DNA of 64,000 nucleotides from Octopus vulgaris (Eukaryota). The notes beneath the pieces are model-generated. The model did no database searches. It worked only from the letters and a program-made list of their open reading frames with translations, and had not been told where the DNA came from. The DNA lies in the NCBI GenBank assembly GCA_951406725.2, contig OX597822.1, positions 18,352,001-18,416,000 of the forward strand, read 5' to 3'. Positions 55,501-64,000 of this stretch are shown here, one piece after another. The translations under genes and the position numbers were made by a program. Position 1 is the stretch's first letter. Every line of letters starts with the position of its first letter.

Positions 55501-56509
55501 ACATATATATATATATGTATGTATGTATGTATGTATATATATTTGAGAAAGGTAGAGACCAAGAAAGATAGTTTGGAATTGAAAGTTTCTGCATGAGTTT
55601 TGTACTAATGTCAACCCTGCAGGAAATATTGAGACTGAAAATATTAAGCTTGGATCATTTCGGCTGTCACAAAGTGTTAAATTATGAAACGAAACAAATC
55701 ACACAATATTTTGTTTGGAGCAAAAGAATTGTCTCATAGAAATGATACTGTGGAGTTCTTGGAATCAATTATTTTGAAATTGAAAAGAAAATTTCTAGCA
55801 CAAATTACTCCTTGATGCTTCAGAAAATATTCTTTTATATTTAATCTTTTGTGTTTTTGAATGAAGATTAGAAAAAAAGTTAAATACTCCACAAAAGAGA
55901 AACCAGTTGGTGTATTTCAAGAATACTCTTTTTAGTGTGGTGGTGGTGGGGGGCTGAGATGAAGAGATTCAGAGATCTTAATCCGTACAAGTACTTTTCT
56001 AATGTGGTTTTTCTAACATTCTATTTTATTTAGATATTTCTCTCTCTCTCTCTCTTCTCTCTCTTCTCTCTCAATCTCTCTCTCTCTCTCTTCTCTCTCA
56101 ATCTCTCTCTCTCTCTTCTCTCTCAATCTCTCTCTCTCTCTTTCCTTTTTTGCTTATTTTTCTCACAATTTTCCTTGTTCTTTTCTCTTCTTTGCTCTCT
56201 CTCTCTGTCTCTGTTTCTAAATCTCTTTCTTCACTGCTCTTTCCCTCTACCCCCCACTCTCTCTTATTTCCTCTCTCTTTCATTTGTTTTAATTATTTTT
56301 ACCAAATTTCATTATCTTTTATTTTAACTTATTCATTTTTCCCTCTTTATATGTATTTTTTCCAAAACATATTTTTATGAATTGCAAAAGAGGAGTGACT
56401 TAAACTCTATGGAAAAAATAAAATATGATAAAATCAATACAACAAACAAAATTACTTTAATGTGAAGAATTCTTTTCGATCTGATTCTATGGTATTTATC
56501 TGTAGTGTT

Positions 56510-56790
56510 TAAGAGTGTCTTTTGGTAGAGTCACCAAAGGTTTCATGATTACAGACACCGTTGTCATTCCTTGATGCCATATTTTTGAGACCTGTTTTTT
56601 TTTTTTCCACAATATCTAGTCTATTATTTTGGAGAGCTTGATCAGTTTGAATGCTAAAATCCCAAAGAATGGTGGGGTCTTTATTCTCTGCTTCATTGGC
56701 AGGTTTATGTATCCACTTGTTCTTCTCATATGGGAATTCAAACTGATGGCATAAGGACCTGTGCAAATACTAATTATGTCTATCATAGAG
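56510..56790 (-). mobile_element. Old R4/Dong-type RLE fragment
   Basis: HKPANEAENKDPTILWDFSIQTDQALQNNRLDIV matches the ILWDF.IQTD...NRPDIV motif. Confidence 0.75.
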
Positions 56791-56885
56791 ATTTATATAT
56801 TCATTTGAGATACCATCCAGAGATGAAATGGTCAGTTTCTAATGAGCAGACACTGATACTGAGCTACTATAATGATGCACTCTTT

Positions 56886-56896
56886 TATTATTATTA

Positions 56897-56961
<65 letters not shown>

Positions 56962-57472
56962 GAGTGAGAGAGCAGTGCATGCCATCAAAGTGATACTGGG
57001 GTAAAATATACAAAGCCCAGTATACCCATCATGACTACCCGTCTGATAAGGGTACACCAGGCACATGCCTCACAACCATATGTCTGCAACATGGTGATCT
57101 CATATCAAGATAAACAGCACATGGGGCTCAGTTAGAATTTTCTCATCCCAATCAAAAGGTCCTTGAATTAGGGTTGTTTAAGGATGTTGAACGTCACACC
57201 CATCTCTACAGAGGTGAATTATCCAAACCCCAAAGAATTCCTCTCAACACAGAAGCTATGATGTTCCCCCACTACTTCTGGCCGAGGTCAGAGATGCACA
57301 TATCGTCAGCCACTAAGGGACATGGCCAACCGGTTAAGGTCAAACAACTGACAAGCAAATTTGTGGTATTGAGCAGAATATTTGCTGTAGCCCATCTTTT
57401 ATACCAAGACAAAGCAATGTACATGGTAACACTTCCAATCAGTTAAGATCAGAAGCCATGAGAGCCACTGCC
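56886..57472 (-). mobile_element. Unclassified ~510-bp non-coding interspersed element ending in (AAT)n
   Basis: A compositionally distinct block (56962-57472) directly abuts a ~75-bp (TAT)n tract; family not assigned. Confidence 0.45.
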
Positions 57473-57661
57473 ATAAAAACTCACAGCTTATTTTGTTGGG
57501 TATTATTTATTTATTTATTTATTCATTTATTTATTTTCCATTTTATTTCACCTTCTGGCCAGGTCTCAGCCAAAGACTTAATACATTTTAACCTTACTGA
57601 CAAGGAGTGATTTTCGTCAATACTTTTGAGAGATTTACTCCAACAAGCTTGAAGTAATTTT

Positions 57662-57756
57662 AGCCAATCAACAGACAACGTGGCACTAGCAGCTTGTTAC
57701 CATGACAACTGCATGCTGTGTTGTGTTTCATTTTACCTGTGTCTTTGCTGCACGTG
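57662..57756. promoter_or_regulatory. Candidate cis-regulatory cluster: CCAAT box, RFX X-box and E-box
   Basis: AGCCAATCA (57662), GTTACCATGACAAC (57696) and CACGTG (57751) within 100 bp of apparently unique sequence. Confidence 0.35.
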
Positions 57757-60700
57757 AAGCGCTGTCTTTGTGACTTGGATGTTAAGTCACAGCAAATATA
57801 GCAGAAGTTGTTTACGAAGTTTATACAGTTTCTTGGCATTATGAAGGTAAATGGACAGTATCACCAACCTTCAGGGTTTCAATGATTCAGATAGCTGGAT
57901 TTATGATTTCACTAGGTTAATTCTATTCATAAACATTTAAATTAGAAATATTTCTTAAGCCATTAGCTTGACATTTCTTTTTCTTGGGACAAATTCTTTG
58001 TTGACCAGTGTTATTCTTATTGTAGTTTACAAATCCAAGCACGAAAACATTACTCAAATTTTATGTGTGTGTGTGTGTGAAAAGCCCCCTTTTTACACAC
58101 ATGCATAAATGTATACATCTACATGCACTTATATATAAATGATGTACACAAATACATGACAGGTGTACGTAATACTGAAATATGCATAAAGTAAACACAT
58201 GCAGACAAACATTAATATAACAAATTAAAAAAATAATAAAAACATGCAATCAATGAAGAGACAAAAGAAACAGTAAGATGATACATGTGGATTTTATTGG
58301 GTATTTTTGTTTATTTAGAAACCTACAATGAACAAGTCATTTCACAGATGCTAAACTGTAGATTTCACAGGGTACAACCTTAAAGTTGACACTGCTCCGC
58401 TAAACACAGAAAACTTCTGCCTCACTGTTGGCTAAAAATACACAGTTTTTCTGATTTTTTAAACCTCTGTAACTTTTCCTCCATTTTGTTTCTCCACAAC
58501 ATCATACCTTCATAGCAATGAGACTGAAAGTCTACATTATTATAGCCGATTTCCACATTTTTTTACTTTCTTTTAAAAAATACATATTTTGCAAATCAGT
58601 TTGACCAGATGCAATCAGTCTAAGGCCATGGTAGAAAATGCTTGTCACAGGTGCCATCCAATTTCATTGAACTCAGAACCATATTGTTGCAAAGCAAATT
58701 TCTTAACTGTACATCTATGTCAATTTATTTTATATTACAGATCTGATAGGAAGCTGATAGGATGAGATCGTTTCTTTAGAACAATACTAGATATTTTTAC
58801 GAAATAAACAATTCTTAAAAATATTTTTTACAATTCATTTATTAGACACAATTCCAATTTTGGAAAGGGGACAATTATGGTCAATCATTTCTTTGCTTTT
58901 CTTTCCTTGAACCCTTAGAGTCATACTCTACTCAATTTTTGATGCCATACAAGTAACCAAGATCTCAACATTCCCCTGAGTTGCTGGGTTCAAGGCTAGC
59001 TATTTATTTTGAGTGGCAAAGGAACAAGTTAGTTGCATCAACACAAGTATTTGACTGCTATTTTATTTTATCAATCCTGCAAGGATGAAAGGCAAAGTTG
59101 AGCTCAGCAGGATCTGAACTCAGAATGTAATGAACTGGAAGAAATGCCAGCTTACCACCTTAGCTAATCAATTAGAAGGTAATATATTACTGGTATTTTC
59201 TTTTTCAACCCTAAAAGATAATGCCATCCTTGGCCAGATTTGAACTCAGAACAGTCAGGAGGCTGATTATTGTAAAGCAATTATCGGTTGCTTTATTATC
59301 TCAAATCGTATTATTGCTGACTTTTCTTTTCTTTCTTATGTTTGAACACTTGATTAATTATGAATCCTCTATATAGATTTGATGAGAGAGAGAGAGAGAG
59401 AGAGAGAAATGATTTTTATTTTCATTTTTAGTTTTCAAGTTCTTCTTTGTATTTTAGTTTTGATACGTTAACTCTATACTTTCTTTTAAATAAATATTAT
59501 TTCTAAATTGATTAAAATCCATGTGAGAAGCCACAGCAGGTCACATACAGCCTTTGAGCCAAACGTTGTGCAAATCTTCTGGTTTATAATTCCATCAACT
59601 CCACCATGCTAATTAACCAATTGTGTGCAACAAAAGTGAACCAGTCGCTTCAGAATTTCAGTTGGAAACTAACATATCTGAGATATTCTTTGTATTATAC
59701 AGGATCGCCTGATCTCCACCACCACCACCGCTGCCACTCTTCCAGTGGTGGTGGTGGTGATGGTAGAGAATTAGAACATACCTTTAATGTAACAGTAACG
59801 ATTTAACCTGTTGTTCATTGTCACTTGAGAACCTCTAATGCAATCTTGCCAAAAAAAATTATTCAGATCTATTTTATGTTTGGGATTAATTACTTTCTTA
59901 TCTTAAGATTTCTAATTAATGGTGACAACTAAAATTTAAATAATAAATGATGTTTCTGTAATGAAAAAGCTCTTTTATCATTCTGTGAACTTTTGAAAAG
60001 GAAAGGAAAGCAAAAATGACAACAAAATCTAATATATCTTTTTTGAGAGAATTAAATCGATTATTGTTTTTGTTTTTAATGAGCCAAAACTACGACCAGC
60101 TTCGTCTTCACTTTCATTATCTCTTGTGTTAATTTCATATTTGTTTTTCAATCACTAAATGGTATGTGTATCTGTGCTCTGTTACATCCCTACATATGTC
60201 ATAATCCTATGTTTATTTCAAATACAAAACCCAATTTGTTTTTTGGTTTAACATAGCAATCTTGGCCTTAGCTGATTAAAAATCTTCGTAACCCTTTTCC
60301 AAGTGTAAAATTACTGAAGACTTCTGAAGATGTTTTTACTCATATTGCTGAGCTGTAACGGTCTAATAACATTGAAACTTGCTTGTTACTGTCACTATCT
60401 CCACTAACAAACATCAGATTTTCCCTTCAACATGAGAATTAAATTTTTGAAAATCTTTTACTCTATTACTGGTTCCAATCAAACAGTGGCCTTGCTGGAA
60501 CACCACTTTGAAAGGTTTGGTCAATTAAAATTAAAGCCAGTATTAAGTTTAGAACTTATTCCATAATTTTGTTTTTGCCGCATGGCTAATGTATGAGGAC
60601 ATAAACAAACCAACACCATTTGTCAAGCAACAACAAGCAAACACAACACACATGCATGCATGCCCATGCGTGCGTGCACATATGACAAGTTTCAGCACAG

Positions 60701-61455
60701 TTTTAATCTACTAAATTCACTCACAAGGTGTGAGCCAGCCCAGTGCTATGGTAGAAAACACTTGCCCAAGGTGCCACAAAGAGCTGAATAAATTTAATAG
60801 AAATAAAATCCAAGGAATTCTATTCCTTGATCATTCTTCACCTTTAAATGGTTTCTTTACCCACTCACTCTACCTTCACTAACTTTTAACATATTAGAAT
60901 TTTGCTCCAAAATAATGGTTTCTGACTTAGATACAAGGTCAGCACTTTTGAGGGGAAGGGATCAATCAGTTTCATTGACCCTAGCATTTGACTGGTACCT
61001 TAACAACCCCAACAGGATGAAAAGCAAAGTCAACCTTGATGGGATTTGAACTCAGAGCAAAAAGGAATGGAACAAATATTGCAAATCCTCGATTCCACTG
61101 CCCAGACAATTCAACCAGTTCTCTTCTCTCTTTCTTAATCAACTTCAAAACCCATTTGTAATTTACTATGTACCCTAAGGCTCTTTTGTTGAAATGAAAT
61201 TTTCCATTTTTTTTCTCCAAAGAAAGACTTAATCACTGCTGGTGGCATAAGCTTTTAGGAAAAACTTGAAGTCCCAGTATTAGCCCCCAACTAATCTTAC
61301 AAAGAAATTTGACTTTGCTTTTAGTATTGAAGCCCCATCTTGCTTTAGTAAGTGTTCTATTATTATCTTGTAATTCCTTTAAAATGAAACCTAAAAGTTA
61401 ACAATTGTATGTACACACACACACACACACACACTCACTCACTCACTCACACACT

Positions 61456-61487
<32 letters not shown>

Positions 61488-62629
61488 CACACATACATGA
61501 CAGACCTTCTTGAAGTTTATGCTTACCAAACGCCACTCGCATGGAACTAATTAAACCTAAGACTTCAAAGCAAAAACTTGTCTAAGGTTCTGTACAATGA
61601 GATTGAACTCAGAAACACACAGCTGCAAGGCGGACTTCTTAGCTACTTGGCCAATAAGTTTCTCTTTGTGTTTTTGAACAAGATACTTCAATGAGCTTGT
61701 TCAGTTGTTTCAGCCATCAAATATGTGTCCAGAACTTCTCATGAAATATTTTTGATGATCCTCTTGGAAGGAAGTTATGTAAGACGACCCAGGAAGAGAT
61801 GAAAAATGATTAAGAATATTCAGCCATGACAAAAGTTGACATTGGAACATGACGCAGCCCTGTGGCTTGCCAAATCCTGTCGAACCATCCAACCCATGTG
61901 ACCATTGAAAACAGACATTAGTTGATGATAATGATGATACTAGTGATCACTCACACACAAACACACACACACCTTGACATCATGTAATAGTTATAAGCAA
62001 GTGTAGCAAATGTCACTCTCATGCAAATGGTATCCTTTGCTTTTGTTATTCTACAAAAAATGTTTGGATCAGGGAGGAATATTACCTGGCTTGGAAATAG
62101 GTGAAGGTTGGTGAGAAGAATGGTATCTGGCCATAGAAAAATCCTCCTCAACAATTTCCATCTGATCTATGTGACCATGAAGACATGGACGATGATGATG
62201 ATGATGATGATGACTGAATTGTCCACATTATACATCTTGGTTCAATTCCTACTCTGAGGAAAGCTTTTGATTCCTTTCCAGCCATACCTGCACCATAGAC
62301 ACAGTTGGAATATTTTTGGTATTAGCGCTGCCTGATCAGATTCACCTTTGATGTTAAATATCTGACACATATCAGGAAAGTAGATTTACCATTTCTGTTT
62401 TTAACAGAATGAAAATCCTGAAGAAAACATTTACTCTGTTGAACCTCTGAAGTCAATAATCTGGTGAGATTTAGATGAATTTAGGGTGAGATTAAACAAC
62501 GGAACTTCATGCACTGTTCCTGCAAATCTGGATTCTATATGTGAGATACCAGGTGACCTCAAAGATACTAGTATTATTACCATCTTGACCCCCCCAAAAT
62601 GCAATAATTATTAGTTCTATCTTCCATAG

Positions 62630-62835
62630 GGCAGTGAATCGACAGAATTGTTAGAGTACAGTCTTTCTTCCAACACTTTAAGTTCTGATTCCAAACCATT
62701 CCTGGGTCAACATTTCATTTCATCCTTCTGGGGTCAATTAATTAAAGTATTTGTCAAATACTGGGGGGGTCAGTGCTATCAACTTACTCCCCTACCTCCC
62801 CCAAAAACTGCTGGTCTTCCGCCTAAATTAGAAAA
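62630..62835 (+). mobile_element. Second SINE family, degenerate
   Basis: CAGAATTGTTAGAG...GTTCTGATTCCAAA...GGGTCAACATTTCATTTCATCCTTCTGGGGTCAAT...TACTGGGG; related fragments at ~26250, 26990, 28570, 34780, 59030(-) and 60900(-). Confidence 0.6.
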
Positions 62836-63086
62836 CCTCATTACAATCTTAATTCTTCATAGTGTGTGAAGAAGAGGCTTCAAGATGGTCTTGATGGTAT
62901 GAACACCAGGCTTTTCATGAGGTCTGAAATCATATCATGGTATGAGTTCAAGATTCCGTTTATCTGTCCTTGTCCTCTCTGAGTTTAGCCCCTTGTGGGT
63001 AGTAAAGAAATAGGTGTGAGTACAAGATCAAAGAGGAGATTTATGGACACATTCCACTGATTTCTGTTATTGATATGCAACACAGG

Positions 63087-63138
63087 ATAAGCTTCGTTCT
63101 GAACACCAGACCATAAGCTTCGTTCTGAACACCAGACC
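63087..63138. repeat. 26-bp perfect tandem duplication
   Basis: ATAAGCTTCGTTCTGAACACCAGACC x2. Confidence 0.95.
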
Positions 63139-64000
63139 ATATCAGATATTATATTTTGGTGACTCCCACACCCTAACAATGGACAAAGATCATTCAGCTA
63201 CATTAATGTTATAGGCAGAAACACACAACATGAAATTGAGGATTTACCAAAGATAATGAAGGACAGAAATTGTTAGCATGGAATGGTAAAAGGAAAATCA
63301 TTTCTAACCACTTAAAAGAGGGAGATGGTGTCTGTAGAAGTATCTTGCATATGTCAACTGTTAAGAAAATTTTAGCCTGAGTGTTTACGATGATTCATCC
63401 CACTTTTGGAGAGAATATACAATATTTGCATTCTGTGCGACAGGTAGCATTTACCTTCAGTGTTTTACATTTTGATCATTCACAAAAATTCTGTGGTCAA
63501 TAACTACAGAATAACTAACTAGGTTTTGTATTATCTTGAGGCAATCACTTTCCTGGTTCCAAATATGCATGAAGCAGTCAAAAAAGTTCTTGTCTCTTCA
63601 GGCTCTCTTAAAAAAAATTCTAAATAAAAATCAGAATTTTCTTGGTGCATATTATACCCAAAGAAAAAGTGATGAGTTTTCTCTTTAGAATTTTTATGAC
63701 TATTTTTTAGTTCCTTGTTTCCTTAGTGGACGTGTGTGACCTGGTGATTAAGGTGCTGACATTCATGACCATAAAACCCTGTTTAGTGGACTGAGTGGTG
63801 CATTGTGTTCTTGAGCAAAACACTTCATTTCATGTTACTCAAGTCCAACTAATTGTAAATAGAGTGGGAACTTAATACTGTGACAGACTGGCATCCTCTT
63901 CAGTTGGGAGGAGTGTTGTAATCTCTGTCACATATGGAAACCAGGTTTGACTCCAGCCTTATCAGGCTTAGGACAAACCTGTGTAAGTTCCTCTTTGCAA

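Noticed and set aside
60324-60390. CTGAAGA...GAAAC...GTT as a hammerhead
   Set aside because: Stem II is offset by two bases and stem I cannot pair.

Overview
This is AT-rich, microsatellite-dense animal genomic DNA. The SINE and LINE repertoire looks like octopus or another coleoid cephalopod (inference). I recognise no host protein-coding exon, so the window is probably intergenic or inside a very long intron; one textbook recursive-splice-site candidate lies at 47335. Most ORFs in the track are translated microsatellites. The rest is a mosaic of mobile DNA: a full-length, GC-rich, frameshifted RTE LINE (10081-14095, -); fragments of a second RTE family with a PHD finger; CR1-group and R4/Dong-type fragments; mariner, maT, piggyBac-MITE and Helentron-type DNA elements; tRNA-derived SINEs; and several Penelope-like elements (PLEs) inserted in (TA)n. 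The most notable signal is a set of type I hammerhead ribozyme motifs in PLE ends (2497, 6160, 9748, 37795, 44486; weaker at 4851 and 48170). The five main motifs pair a minimal stem III (palindromic in three, near-palindromic in two) with an unusually long (about 60-100 nt) structured stem II, which covaries between two copies. One intact hammerhead sits in an ORF-less ~594-bp repeating unit (retrozyme-like), and one PLE end carries a tRNA-like module just upstream of a hammerhead remnant. All calls were made by eye, and boundaries of degenerate repeats are approximate.
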